64,000 bases of DNA from positions 19,902,001 to 19,966,000 of the forward strand of contig CATNEN010000001.1 of NCBI GenBank assembly GCA_950097015.1, given 5' to 3'. This document shows, one piece after another, positions 1 through 13,534 of the stretch; the stretch's first letter is position 1, and each line of letters begins with the position of its first letter. This DNA is from Macrostomum hystrix (Eukaryota; Animalia; Platyhelminthes). The notes under the pieces were generated by a model. That model saw only the letters and a program-made list of their open reading frames with translations, did not search any database and was not told where the DNA came from. Both the position numbers and the translations under genes were made by a program.

Positions 1-106
1 AATACAGTTACCAATTATTACAGAAAAAAAGCTGGCAATGCAAATACAATTGCAACATGTTGCAAACTTCTATACCCATGAAAACACGTACATGGAAACA
101 TTTGAA

Positions 107-927
107 TTAGTGAGAAGGGTGGTGGTGCTTGCCACGAACAATGGACTCAATGTAAGGCTCAATGGATGAGGTTAACAGCAAAAGGATATCGTTGAGATAG
201 CGGTCAGACAGTTGAGAGCGAAGGCGAGACTTTGTGAAGTTCATCTTGGAGAAGAGCTGCTCGCAGCAGTAGGTGCTGCCAAACATTGCCACAATGCGCT
301 GAACATGTGCAATGCAGTTAGTAAGCATGTGAGAAGGGACTGACGTCGAGGAAGAAAGCCAGCGGAGAAAAGGTGCAGAACTTCTCCTATAATTCATCGT
401 TGCATTGCAGTTCCACCAGCTCCATCTGCAGAGGAGCAGGGGCGTCGCCCACAAGGAAGTCAAAGGGAGCGGTGAACAGCCTGAAGTCCGCAGCCAGCAA
501 CCTGACTCCTGTGAAACGGCAGGCGAACTCTTCTCGCAGAGAAGTGATGACACTGACACACGTGTCCAGGTCAACATCGCCAGAGGCACAAGCAGCAAGG
601 CGAGGAAAGTACGCAAACTGGCCGGCAGTCAGCTGAGCTTCCCACAAACGCAGTTTAACCTCAAAGGCAGTGATGTGTGCATGTATGTCTGTCACGAGAA
701 TGTCTTTGCCTTGCAGCTTCACATTGAGGGCATTCAGGTGCGTAGTGATGTACGTGAGCAGCAGGGCCAGGCGAGCAAGCCATCGCGAATCAGAGAAGTG
801 CTCAGCACAGGGATGGTTCTTCTGAGAGAGGAAGGTGGCAATCTCGTGCTGCAGGACGCACACACGAGAGATCATGGCCCCACGACTCAGACAGCGGACC
901 TCACAGAAGAAGAGCAGGTCACCATAG
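107..927 (-). pseudogene. hAT-superfamily transposase remnant (GTF2IRD2/SPIN-like), frameshifted and 5'-truncated
   Basis: Overlapping ORFs 387-956 and 107-616 carry consecutive parts of one protein: 'EVRCLSRG', 'HLNALNVKLQGK', 'FEVKLRLWE' and the C-terminal 'FGSTYCCEQLFSKMNFTKSRLRSQLSD'. Cut by the LTR-like sequence starting at 928. Confidence 0.85.
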
Positions 928-1075
928 TGTTGTACCTGTGGTAGCGTGGCACACACAATTAGTGAAAATAACCAAGACAGGACACTAGATTCAGAGAGGA
1001 TTTATACCGGCCTCAACTCTGGTGCTTCGTCGCAGTGAAACAACCTGGTAGTCAGGCTAAAGATTGGCAAGTCTC
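928..1075. mobile_element. Partial LTR, family A (tgttgtacctgtggtagcgtggc...)
   Basis: First ~150 bp match the ends of the solo LTRs at 20683 and 51208, then similarity is lost. Confidence 0.65.
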
Positions 1076-1531
1076 CTCGTTACAGGGCCTTAATTTGGGA
1101 CACGGGGATCCTTTAAGTGTGGAAGAATTTCCAACTTAGTAAAATAGGGTACCTTAGTCTTGGTGACTTAGGCAGAAAAAAGGAAGTTAGAAGCTAGTAG
1201 TAGGCAAAGGGGGCCTTCTAGGACGAAAATTATCGCAGCCTCCTTAATGTACAAACCATTAGCTTTATTCTTCCCGAAGGAAAAAAGGTTCCCCGCCAAA
1301 AAAACCCGTCTCCATATTCTAAATTCTCTACTTTCCATATCAGTTTGTGAGTTGCATATCTGGGACAAATAATTATCGCAGCCTCCTTAATCCACAAACT
1401 ATTCGCGAAGTGATCAGGAAAAAAAGTGAACCTAAAAAGTGTGCCAAGACAATCAAATTAGCACTAAAATCCCAATCCCAAATCCCAGGACTATGACAGC
1501 TACTATAACTTTGCAGAAATCATTAGGCAGC

Positions 1532-1860
1532 TCACATTCTCTCAATGATCAACGTCAATACAAACTCTTCACCGTTGAAATCAACGCCAACCCTATCTTC
1601 AGTCTCAAACTGCAGCACAATCTCGTGAATCTCCTTATTACTTAGCACAACTCTTTTCACTGGATTTGGTTTCTCTACCAGCATCTGTCCTCCAGCAACA
1701 GAGTTAGAGATATTGTACAAAATATTCGTTCGCTTTCCCTTAAACACCCAATCAAGACTGAGATTACTTCTGATTAGAATATTCAAACCCTTTACAATGT
1801 CTGCGATATTGGGTGCTAAGAACAAGCAGCTTGAATAATTTTTTTCGAGCGTTTTAGACT
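1532..1860 (-). pseudogene. Polinton/Maverick (adintovirus-like) minor capsid (penton) C-terminal remnant
   Basis: 'NILIRSNL...ILYNISNSVAGGQMLVEKPNP...IHEIVLQFETEDRVGVDFNGEEFVLTLII' fits my recollection of the penton C-terminal pattern ending in DFNG(E). N-terminal part missing. Confidence 0.6.
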
Positions 1861-1994
1861 ACTCACATATGCAGAATAAATCTAACGTGTTAGACAAAAC
1901 AGACATACACAAACGCTTTAGCACGCGAGTGACTACATTGAAGACATATGCAGAAAAAATATTATGCGTTAGACAAAAGTCTTACGTCATGAAA

Positions 1995-2381
1995 TCAAAG
2001 AAGAGTTTTCCAGGATGAATCTTTCTCTAAAACTGTCTGTAGAAGCTTCAGCTTGCCATTAAGTTCACGAATCGGCAGCGAAACTTGCTGAAATCCTGGA
2101 TATACAATCGAAAGCTTGAATAGGGTCACATAAAGCGAGGCGGCTGCCCGCTTTATTTGGACCTTTTCAAGGAGATAGTTATAGTGCTCCTTCACCATCA
2201 TCTTGAAATATCGCCGAGTCTCCTGCGCCTTAAAGTCCACAAGAAACTTTCCAATGCTTATTGCAGCACGCAGACCATTTCGTTGTGACTTTTTCATCTG
2301 ATGGAGGTGATACTTAATGTGCTTGACGATTGAGGTGTCACTTTCATCAGGTGGTTGAATTAGAGCACTGTTACTCGACAC
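1995..2381 (-). CDS. Small helical ORF of unknown function, possibly a Polinton accessory gene
   Basis: 128-aa non-repetitive ORF (non-ATG start), co-oriented with and adjacent to the penton remnant. Confidence 0.35.
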   Translation of the reverse strand: MSSNSALIQPPDESDTSIVKHIKYHLHQMKKSQRNGLRAAISIGKFLVDFKAQETRRYFKMMVKEHYNYLLEKVQIKRAAASLYVTLFKLSIVYPGFQQVSLPIRELNGKLKLLQTVLEKDSSWKTLL

Positions 2382-3137
2382 TGAATTCGACGTTTAAAAT
2401 TATGCCGATCTAAATTAAAGAATTCCACAAATCCAGTTATTTGCTATTATTCCTGTTATTAAATCCTGTTAAATCCTGTTCCTGTTATTAAATACTGTTA
2501 ATTGAAGAATTCGACGTTTAAAATTATTTGCTGCTCTTTCTTCAAAGGAGTTTTGATTGCTTCGATTGCAACAATGAGCAGATTGAAAAGTTGCGCCTTC
2601 TGTAGATCTCCTTGTAAAATTGCCATCCAAGCTTGCTCCATTTCTAAAACTTAAGTTGGGTCTTAATTTGAAAATGAATTACTAATGCAGAAACTCAATA
2701 TTTTAATTTCGGTCAATAGATTCTTACCTTTCTTATCTTACTGAAAACGTAGTCCACGTTGCCTTCTTCCGTGATCATTCCAGGATTAAGAATGCGGTAC
2801 TTCTCTTATCTTCTCAACCCCCAGCTCATTCAGCAGAGCTCCAAGTTCTTTATTTAAAACATGCAATACAATACAGTCGGAATTTCTTGGAATAAATGTT
2901 AATTTCATTTTCAGTAATAACTAAAAAAACTGCTCTAAACAATATTATGTATAAAATTAGTAAGACCATTTTCATCAAAAACGTTGACATATAAAAAGCT
3001 CTAAACTAAGAAACCGTAAAGAATTTGAAAGTTTTGATTTACCTAAAATGCGTTATTAACGATCTCCATAAAATTCCAATTTTAAAAAGAGAACATTGTA
3101 GTATTTTCACTTTTGGGTACTGAATATACAGAATATG

Positions 3138-3166
3138 GCTCCCCGAAGGGGGGCAAAACTTGCTAG
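3138..3166 (+). mobile_element. Helitron 3' terminus (GC hairpin plus CTAG)
   Basis: gctccccgaaggggggc-aaaacttg-CTAG-t. The same end recurs at 6638, 14761 and 51141, and the hairpin is inverted near 50211-50228. Confidence 0.75.
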
Positions 3167-3175
3167 TCTTCTCCT

Positions 3176-3695
3176 TCCACTATACTAAAAATGAAATGCT
3201 TGCTTGGTTGGTTGGTTGTAATTGATTTTCTCCCGAACGGCTCAACCGATTTTCACCATTTCTTCACCAAAAGATGCCAAATATGGGGAGAATTATACAC
3301 GTATTTTTATTAAGCTTAACTTTATTGCTAAGGGGATTAAATATTCGAAAAACATGCTTTTTGACCATTATTCAAAGTTTAAACTATCTTGGCCTTTTGA
3401 GAATTTCAGTCACTGCCACTGAATTAGAATTGCATCGTCAAATTGCGCAACAACCCCGAGCTGATTGCATTTGAAGCCTGCACTCTGGAGACAAATTGGA
3501 AATAAATGTACACAACCAACCGCGAGACTGAGTGTACTCTATTTTCTTACTTCATTGTACAAAGCCAGAACTTGGAGAATTCATTTTATAAGGCTGATTT
3601 TTGCACCCACTAACCAACAGTCGGAATAGCCGATGTGTAGGCACTAGGAATAGTTTAGGCTAGGCTAAGGTTCGATTCTGCACTGCGTCAAATAA
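3176..3695 (+). mobile_element. Non-autonomous Helitron 5' core, tandem copy 1
   Basis: Starts TCCACTATACTAAAAATGAAATG, then a (GGTT)n microsatellite and aacggctcaaccgatttt. Near-duplicate of 3696-4225. Confidence 0.7.
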
Positions 3696-4316
3696 TCCAC
3701 TATACTAAAAATGAAATGCTTGGTTGGTTGGTTGGTTGGTTGGTTGGTTGGTTGGTTGTAATTGATTTTCTCCCGAACCGCTGAACTGATTTTCACCATT
3801 TCTTCACCAAAAGATGCCAAATATGGGGACAATTATACACGAATTTTTATTAAGCTTAAATTTATTGCTAAAGGGATTAAACATTCGAAAAACATGATTT
3901 TTCAAAGGTCAAACCATCTTGGCTTATTGAGAATTTTACTCACTGCCGCTGAATTAGAATTGCATCGTAAAATTGCGCAACAACCCCTAGCTGATTGAAT
4001 TTGAAGCCTGCACTCTGGAGACAAATTGGAAATAAATGTACACAACCAACCGCGAGACTAAGTGTACTCTATTTTCTTACTTCATTGTACAAAGCCAGAA
4101 CTTTGAGAATTCATTTTATAAGGCTGATTTTTGCACCCACTAACCAACAGTCGGAATAGCCGATGTGTAGGCACTAGGAATAGGTTAGGCTAGGCTAGGG
4201 TTCGATTCTGCACTGCGTCAAATCATTTAGACTAATTTTCAGCCAGTAGTGATTGAAGACTATTTTATATTATTTTTTTCATTTCGTAAATAAAATATCA
4301 TAAATCATAGCACATC

Positions 4317-5290
4317 GGCTAAACCAGAGTTTGAATCATGGCTAAACCAGAGTCCGAATCATGGCTAAACCAGAGTTTGAATTATGGCTAAACCAGAGTT
4401 TGAATCATGGCTAAACCAGAGTCTGAATCATGGCTAAACCAGAGTTTAAATCATGGCTAAACTAGAGTCTGAATCATGGCTAAACCAGAGTCTGAATCAT
4501 GGCTAAACCAGAGTCTGAATCATGGCAAAACCAGAGTCTGAATCATGGCTAAACCAGAGTTTAAATCATGGCTAAACCAGAGTCTGAATCATGGCTAAAC
4601 CAGAGTCTGAATCATGGCTAAACCAGAGTTTGAATCATGGCTAAACCAGAGTCTGAATCATGGCTAAACCAGAGTCTGAATCATGGCTAAACCAGAGTCT
4701 GAATCATGGCTAAACCAGAGTCTGAATCATGGCTAAACCAGAGTCTGAATCATATCAAAACCAGAGTCTGAATCATGGCTAAACCAGAGTCTGAATCATG
4801 GCTAAACCAGGGTCTGAAGCATGGCTAAAACAGAGTTTAAATCATGGCTAAACCAGAGTCTGAATCATGGCTAAACCACAGTTTGAATCATGGCTAAACC
4901 AGAGTTTAAATCATGGCTAAACCAGAGTCAAAATCATGGCTAAACCAGAGTCTCAATCATAGCTAAACCAGAGTCTGAATCATGGCTAAACCAGAGTCAA
5001 AATCATGGCTAAACCAGAGTTTAAATCATGGCTAAACTAGAGTCTGAATCATGGCTAAACCAGAGTCTGAATCATGGCTAAACCAGAGTCTGAATCATGG
5101 CTAAACCAGAGTCTGAATCATGGCTAAACCAGAGTCTGAATCATGGCTAAACCAGAGTCTGAATCATGGCTAAACCAGCGTTTGAATCATGGCTAAACCA
5201 GAGTTTAAATCATGGCTAAACCAGAGTCTGAATCATGGCAAAACCAGCGTTTGCATCATGGCTAAACCAGAGTTTGAATCATGGCAAAAT
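4317..5290 (+). repeat. 23-bp satellite (aatcatggctaaaccagagtytg)n
   Basis: Direct tandem repeats visible. Confidence 0.97.
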
Positions 5291-5434
5291 TTTTCTTTTG
5301 TCATTGAATTGAATTTTGAGTTTGTTATCTCATGACGTCATAATGATATATATTTGTATGATAAATGTTTTGCCTAATAATCATTTAATTGTTGTTCTTC
5401 TCAATTTTCTACAAAAAAAGCTAATATAAAAATT

Positions 5435-6543
5435 AACTGGGCAACATTGTCAACTGGGCATCATCATCAATAAGGAGTCCTCATCAAATGGGGGATCATT
5501 GTCAACTGGGCGATCATTGTCAACTGGTTGATCATTGTCAACTGGGGCTTCATTGTCAACTGGGGGAAAATTGTCAACTGGGGGATCATTGTCAACTGGG
5601 GGATCATTTGTCAACTGGGGGATCATTGTCAACTGGGGGATCATTGTCAACTGGGGGATCATTGTCAACTGGGGGATCATTGTCAACTGGGAGATCATTG
5701 TCAACTAGGGGATCATTGTCAACTGGGGGATCATTGTCAACTGGGAGATCATTGTCAACTGGGGGATCATTGTCAACTGGGGGATCATTGTCAACTGGGG
5801 GATCATTGCAAACTGGGGGATCATTGTCAACTGGGAGATCATTGTCAACTAGGGGATCATTGTCAACTGGGAGATCATTGTCAACTGGGGGATCATTGTC
5901 AACTGGGGGATCATTGTCAACTGGGGGATCATTGTCAACTGGGGGATCATTGTCAACTGGGGGATCATTGTCAACTGGGGGATCATTGCAAACTGGGGGA
6001 TCATTGTCATCTGGGAGATCATTGTCAACTGGGGGATCATTGTCAACTGGGGGATCATTGTCAACTGGGGGATCATTGTCAACTAGGGGATCATGGCCAA
6101 CTGGGGTATCATTGTGAACTGGGTGATCATTGTCAACTGGGGGATCATCGTCAACTGGGTTATCATTGTCAACTGGGGGATCATTGTCAACAAGGGGATC
6201 ATTGTCCACTGGGGAATGATTGTCAACTGGGTAATCATGTCAACTGGGGGATCATTGTCAACTGGGGGATCATTGTCAACTGGGGGATCATTGTCAACTG
6301 GGGGATCATTGTCAACTGGGTGATCATTGTCAACTGGGGGATCATTGTCAACAAGGGGATCATTGTGAACTGGGGGATCATTGTCAACTGGGGATCATTG
6401 TCAACAGGGGGAACATTGTCAACTGGGGGATCATTGTCAACTGGGGGTTCATTGTCAACTGGGGGATCATTGTCAACTGGGGGATCATCATCAACTGGGG
6501 GATCATCATCAACTGGGGGATCATTGTCAACTGGGGGTTCATT
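5435..6543 (+). repeat. 18-bp minisatellite (ggggatcattgtcaactg)n
   Basis: Direct tandem repeats. Source of the spurious QLGDHC/VDNDPP/STGGSL ORFs. Confidence 0.97.
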
Positions 6544-6724
6544 TTAGCTTTAAAAAGCTGTAAATTCAGCTGCTAAAAAGTAAATACAAGACGAATTAAA
6601 AATATTTCTGCTCCCCGAAGGGGGGCAAAACATGCTAGTTTAGACTAATTTTCAGCCAGTAGTGACTGAAGATTATTTAAATTTATTTTTTTCATTTCGT
6701 AAATTAAATATCATATATCAAAGC

Positions 6725-9700
6725 AAACCAGAGTTTAAATCATGGCTAAGCCAGAGTTTGAATCATGGCTAAACCAGAGTTTGAATCATGGCTAAACCAG
6801 AGTTTGAACCATGGCTAAACCAGAGTTTGAATCATGGCTAAACCAGAGCTTGAATCATGGCTAAACCAGAGCTTGAATCATGGCTAAACCAGAGTTTAAA
6901 TCATGGCTAAACTAGAGTCTGAATCATGGCTAATCCAGCGTTTAAATCATGGCTAAACCAGAGTTTGAATCATGGCTAAACCAGAGTTTGAATCATGGCT
7001 AAACCCGAGTTTGAATCATTGCAAAAATAGAGTTTAAATCATGGCTAAACCAGAGTTTGAATCATGGCAAAACCAGAGTTTGAATCATGGCTAAACCAGA
7101 GTCCAAATCATGGCTAAACCAGAGTTTGAATCATGGCTAAACCAGAGTTTGAATCATGGCTAAACCAGAGCTTGAATCATGGCTAAACCAGAGCTTGAAT
7201 CATGGCTAAACCAGAGTTTGAATCATGGCTAAACCAGAGTTTGAATCATGGCTAAACCAGAGTTTGAATCATGGCTAACCCAGCGTTTGAATCATGGCTA
7301 AACCAGAGTTTGAATCATGGCTAAACCAGAGTTTGAATCATGGCTAAACCAGCGTCTGAATCATGGCTAAACCAGAGTTTGAATCATGGCTAAACCAGAG
7401 TTTGAATCATGGCTAAACCAGAGTCCGAATCATGGCTAAAGCAGAGTTTGAAACATGGCTAAACCAGCGTTTGAATTATAGCTAAACCAGAGTCTGAATC
7501 ATGGCTTAACCAGCGTTTCAATCATGGCTAAACCAGAGTTTGAATCCTGGCAAAAATCATGGCAAACCTGAGTTTGAATCATTGCAAAAATTGAATCATG
7601 GCTAAACCAGAGTTTGAATCATGGCTAAACCAGAGACTGAATCATGGCTAAACCAGCGTTTGAATCATGGCTAAACCAGCGTTTGAATCATGGCTAAACC
7701 AGCGTCTAAATCATGGCCAACCAGAGTTTGAATCATGGCTAAACCAGAGTTTGAATCATGGCTAAACCAGAGTCTGAATCATGGCTAAACCAGCGTTTGA
7801 ATCATGGCTAAACCAGAGTTTAAATCATGGCAAAAATCATGGCTAAACCAGAGTTTGAATCATGGCTAAACTAGAGTTTGAATCATGGCTAAACCAGAGT
7901 TTAAATCATGGCTAAACCAGAGTTTGAATCATGGCTAAACAAGAGTTTGAATCATGGCTAAACCAGCGTTTGAATCATAGCTAAACCAGAGTCTGAATCA
8001 TGGCTAAACCAGCGTTTCAATCATGGCTAAACCAGAGTTTGAATCATTGCAAAAATTGAATCATGGCTAAACCAGAGTTTGAATCATGGCTAAACCAGAG
8101 TCTGAATCATGGCTATCACAGAGTCTGAATCATGGCTAAACCAGCGTCTGAATCATGGCTAAACCAGAGTTTGAATCATGGCTAAACTAGCGTTTGAATC
8201 ATGGCTAAACCAGCGTCTAAATCATGGCCAACCAGAGTTTGAATCATGGCTAAACCAGAGTTTGAATCATGGCTAAACCAGAGTTTGAATCATGGCTAAA
8301 CCAGCGTTTGAATCATGGCAAAACCAGAGTTTGAATCATGGCTAAACCAGAGTCCAAATCATGGCTAAACCAGAGTTTGAATCATGGCTAAACCAGAGTT
8401 TGAATCATGGCTAAACCAGAGCTTGAATCATGGCTAAACCAGAGCTTGAATCATGGCTAAACCAGAGTTTGAATCATGGCTAAACCAGAGTTTGAATCAT
8501 GGCTAAACCAGAGTTTGAATCATGGCTTACCCAGCGTTTGAATCATGGCTAAACCAGAGTTTGAATCATGGCTAAACCAGAGTTTGAATCATGGCTAAAC
8601 CAGCGTCTGAATCATGGCTAAACCAGAGTTTGAATCATGGCTAAACCAGAGTTTGAATCATGGCTAAACCAGAGTCCGAATCATGGCTAAAGCAGAGTTT
8701 GAAACATGGCTAAACCAGCGTTTGAATTATAGCTAAACCAGAGTCTGAATCATGGCTTAACCAGCGTTTCAATCATGGCTAAACCAGAGTTTGAATCATG
8801 GCAAAAATCATGGCAAACCTGAGTTTGAATCATTGCAAAAATTGAATCATGGCTAAACCAGAGTTTGAATCATGGCTAAACCAGAGACTGAATCATGGCT
8901 AAACCAGCGTTTGAATCATGGCTAAACCAGCGTTTGAATCATGGCTAAACCAGCGTCTAAATCATGGCCAACCAGAGTTTGAATCATGGCTAAACCAGAG
9001 TTTGAATCATGGCTAAACCAGAGTCTGAATCATGGCTAAACCAGCGTTTGAATCATGGCTAAACCAGAGTTTAAATCATGGCAAAAATCATGGCTAAACC
9101 AGAGTTTGAATCATGGCTAAACTAGAGTTTGAATCATGGCTAAACCAGAGTTTAAATCATGGCTAAACCAGAGTTTGAATCATGGCTAAACAAGAGTTTG
9201 AATCATGGCTAAACCAGAGTCCGAATCATGGCTAAAGCAGAGTTTGAAACATGGCTAAACCAGCGTTTGAATCATAGCTAAACCAGAGTCTGAATCATGG
9301 CTAAACCAGCGTTTCAATCATGGCTAAACCAGAGTTTGAATCATAGCAAAAATTGAATCATGGCTAAACCAGAGTTTGAATCATGGCTAAACCAGAGTCT
9401 GAATCATGGCTATCACAGAGTCTGAATCATGGCTAAACCAGCGTTTGAATCATGGCTAAACCAGCGTTTGAATCATGGCTAAACCAGCGTCTAAATCATG
9501 GCCAACCAGAGTTTGAATCATGGCTAAACCAGAGTCCAAATCATGGCTAAACCAGAGTTTGAATCATGGCTAAACCAGAGCTTGAATCATGGCTAAACCA
9601 GAGCTTGAATCATGGCTAAACCAGAGTTTGAATCATGGCTAAACCAGAGTTTGAATCATGGCTAAACCAGAGTTTGAATCATGGCTAAACCAGAGTTTGA

Positions 9701-12700
9701 ATCATGGCTAACCCAGCGTTTGAATCATGGCTAAACCAGAGTTTGAATCATGGCTAAACCAGAGTTTGAATCATGGCTAAACCAGCGTCTGAATCATGGC
9801 TAAACCAGAGTTTGAATCATGGCTAAACCAGAGTTTGAATCATGGCTAAACCAGAGTCCGAATCATGGCTAAAGCAGAGTTTGAAACATGGCTAAACCAG
9901 CGTTTGAATTATAGCTAAACCAGAGTCTGAATCATGGCTTAACCAGCGTTTCAATCATGGCTAAACCAGAGTTTGAATCATGGCAAAAATCATGGCAAAC
10001 CTGAGTTTGAATCATTGCAAAAATTGAATCATGGCTAAACCAGAGCTTGAATCATGGCTAAACCAGAGCTTGAATCATGGCTAAACCAGAGTTTGAATCA
10101 TGGCTAAACCAGAGTTTGAATCATGGCTAAACCAGAGTTTGAATCATGGCTTACCCAGCGTTTGAATCATGGCTAAACCAGAGTTTGAATCATGGCTAAA
10201 CCAGAGTTTGAATCATGGCTAAACCAGCGTCTGAATCATGGCTAAACCAGAGTTTGAATCATGGCTAAACCAGAGTTTGAATCATGGCTAAACCAGAGTC
10301 CGAATCATGGCTAAAGCAGAGTTTGAAACATGGCTAAACCAGCGTTTGAATTATAGCTAAACCAGAGTCTGAATCATGGCTTAACCAGCGTTTCAATCAT
10401 GGCTAAACCAGAGTTTGAATCATGGCAAAAATCATGGCAAACCTGAGTTTGAATCATTGCAAAAATTGAATCATGGCTAAACCAGAGTTTGAATCATGGC
10501 TAAACCAGAGACTGAATCATGGCTAAACCAGCGTTTGAATCATGGCTAAACCAGCGTTTGAATCATGGCTAAACCAGCGTCTAAATCATGGCCAACCAGA
10601 GTTTGAATCATGGCTAAACCAGAGTTTGAATCATGGCTAAACCAGAGTCTGAATCATGGCTAAACCAGCGTTTGAATCATGGCTAAACCAGAGTTTAAAT
10701 CATGGCAAAAATCATGGCTAAACCAGAGTTTGAATCATGGCTAAACTAGAGTTTGAATCATGGCTAAACCAGAGTTTAAATCATGGCTAAACCAGAGTTT
10801 GAATCATGGCTAAACAAGAGTTTGAATCATGGCTAAACCAGAGTCCGAATCATGGCTAAAGCAGAGTTTGAAACATGGCTAAACCAGCGTTTGAATCATA
10901 GCTAAACCAGAGTCTGAATCATGGCTAAACCAGCGTTTCAATCATGGCTAAACCAGAGTTTGAATCATAGCAAAAATTGAATCATGGCTAAACCAGAGTT
11001 TGAATCATGGCTAAACCAGAGTCTGAATCATGGCTATCACAGAGTCTGAATCATGGCTAAACCAGCGTTTGAATCATGGCTAAACCAGCGTTTGAATCAT
11101 GGCTAAACCAGCGTCTAAATCATGGCCAACCAGAGTTTGAATCATGGCTAAACCAGAGTCCAAATCATGGCTAAACCAGAGTTTGAATCATGGCTAAACC
11201 AGAGTTTGAATCATGGCTAAACCAGAGCTTGAATCATGGCTAAACCAGAGCTTGAATCATGGCTAAACCAGAGTTTGAATCATGGCTAAACCAGAGTTTG
11301 AATCATGGCTAAACCAGAGTTTGAATCATGGCTAACCCAGCGTTTGAATCATGGCTAAACCAGAGTTTGAATCATGGCTAAACCAGAGTTTGAATCATGG
11401 CTAAACCAGCGTCTGAATCATGGCTAAACCAGAGTTTGAATCATGGCTAAACCAGAGTTTGAATCATGGCTAAACCAGAGTCCGAATCATGGCTAAAGCA
11501 GAGTTTGAAACATGGCTAAACCAGCGTTTGAATTATAGCTAAACCAGAGTCTGAATCATGGCTTAACCAGCGTTTCAATCATGGCTAAACCAGAGTTTGA
11601 ATCATGGCAAAAATCATGGCAAACCTGAGTTTGAATCATTGCAAAAATTGAATCATGGCTAAACCAGAGTTTGAATCATGGCTAAACGAGAGACTGAATC
11701 ATGGCTAAACCAGCGTTTGAATCATGGCTAAACCAGCGTTTGAATCATGGCTAAACCAGCGTCTAAATCATGGCCAACCAGAGTTTGAATCATGGCTAAA
11801 CCAGAGTCTGAATCATGGCTAAACCAGCGTTTGAATCATGGCTAAACCAGAGTTTAAATCATGGCAAAAATCATGGCTAAACCAGAGTTTGAATCATGGC
11901 TAAACTAGAGTTTGAATCATGGCTAAACCAGAGTTTAAATCATGGCTAAACCAGAGTTTGAATCATGGCTAAACAAGAGTTTGAATCATGGCTAAACCAG
12001 AGTCCGAATCATGGCTAAAGCAGAGTTTGAAACATGGCTAAACCAGCGTTTGAATCATAGCTAAACCAGAGTCTGAATCATGGCTAAACCAGCGTTTCAA
12101 TCATGGCTAAACCAGAGTTTGAATCATTGCAAAAATTGAATCATGGCTAAACCAGAGTTTGAATCATGGCTAAACCAGAGTCTGAATCATGGCTATCACA
12201 GAGTCTGAATCATGGCTAAACCAGCGTCTGAATCATGGCTAAACCAGAGTTTGAATCATGGCTAAACTAGCGTTTGAATCATGGCTAAACCAGCGTCTAA
12301 ATCATGGCCAACCAGAGTTTGAATCATGGCTAAACCAGAGTTTGAATCATGGCTAAACCAGAGTTTGAATCATGGCTAAACCAGCGTTTGAATCATGGCA
12401 AAACCAGAGTTTGAATCATGGCTAAACCAGAGTCCAAATCATGGCTAAACCAGAGTTTGAATCATGGCTAAACCAGAGTTTGAATCATGGCTAAACCAGA
12501 GCTTGAATCATGGCTAAACCAGAGCTTGAATCATGGCTAAACCAGAGTTTGAATCATGGCTAAACCAGAGTTTGAGTCATGGCTAAACCAGAGTTTGAAT
12601 CATGGCTTACCCAGCGTTTGAATCATGGCTAAACCAGAGTTTGAATCATGGCTAAACCAGAGTTTGAATCATGGCAAAACCAGCGTCTGAATCATGGCTA

Positions 12701-13380
12701 AACCAGAGTTTGAATCATGGCTAAACCAGAGTTTGAATCATGGCTAAACCAGAGTCCGAATCATGGCTAAAGCAGAGTTTGAAACATGGCTAAACCAGCG
12801 TTTGAATTATAGCTAAACCAGAGTCTGAATCATGGCTTAACCAGCGTTTCAATCATGGCTAAACCAGAGTTTGAATCATGGCAAAAATCATGGCAAACCT
12901 GAGTTTGAATCATTGCAAAAATTGAATCCTGGCTAAACCAGAGTTTGAATCATGGCTAAACCAGAGTCTGAATCATGGCTATCACAGTCTGAATCATGGC
13001 TAAACCAGCGTCTGAATCATGGCTAAACCAGCGTTTGAATCATGGCTAAACCAGCGTTTGAATCATGGCTAAACCAGCGTCTAAATCATGGCCAACCAGA
13101 GTTTGAATCATGGCTAAACCAGAGTTTGAATCATGGCTAAACCAGAGTTTGAATCATGGCTAAACCAGCGTTTGAATCATGGCTAAACCAGAGTTTGAAT
13201 CATGGCAAAAATCATGGCTAAACCAGAGTTTGAATCATGGCTAAACCAGCGTTTGAATCATGGCTAAACCAGAGTTTAAATCATGGCTAAACCAGAGTTT
13301 GAATCATGGCAAAACCAGAGTTTGAATCATGGCTAAACCAGAGTTTGAATCATAGCCAACCAGAGTTTGAATGATGGCTA
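6725..13380 (+). repeat. 23-bp satellite, ~6.6 kb, with higher-order structure
   Basis: Tandem units with variant blocks recurring about every 1.2 kb. Confidence 0.97.
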
Positions 13381-13534
13381 AATTTTTCTTCTGTCATTAA
13401 ATTGAATTCTCGACATTTTGAGTTTGTTATCTCATAACGTCATAATGATATATATTAGTATGATAAATATTTTGCATAATATTCATTTAATTTTTGTTCT
13501 TCTCAATTTTCTAAAAAGAAGCTAATATAAAAAT

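Larger units (their letters stand above)
3696..6638 (+). mobile_element. Full-length non-autonomous Helitron carrying two satellites
   Basis: A|TC start at 3696, core, 23-bp array, 18-bp array, then hairpin plus CTAG|T at 6638. Confidence 0.75.

Noticed and set aside
4317-13380. CRISPR-like appearance of the 23-bp repeats
   Set aside because: Units are contiguous with no unique spacers, there are no cas genes, and the context is eukaryotic.
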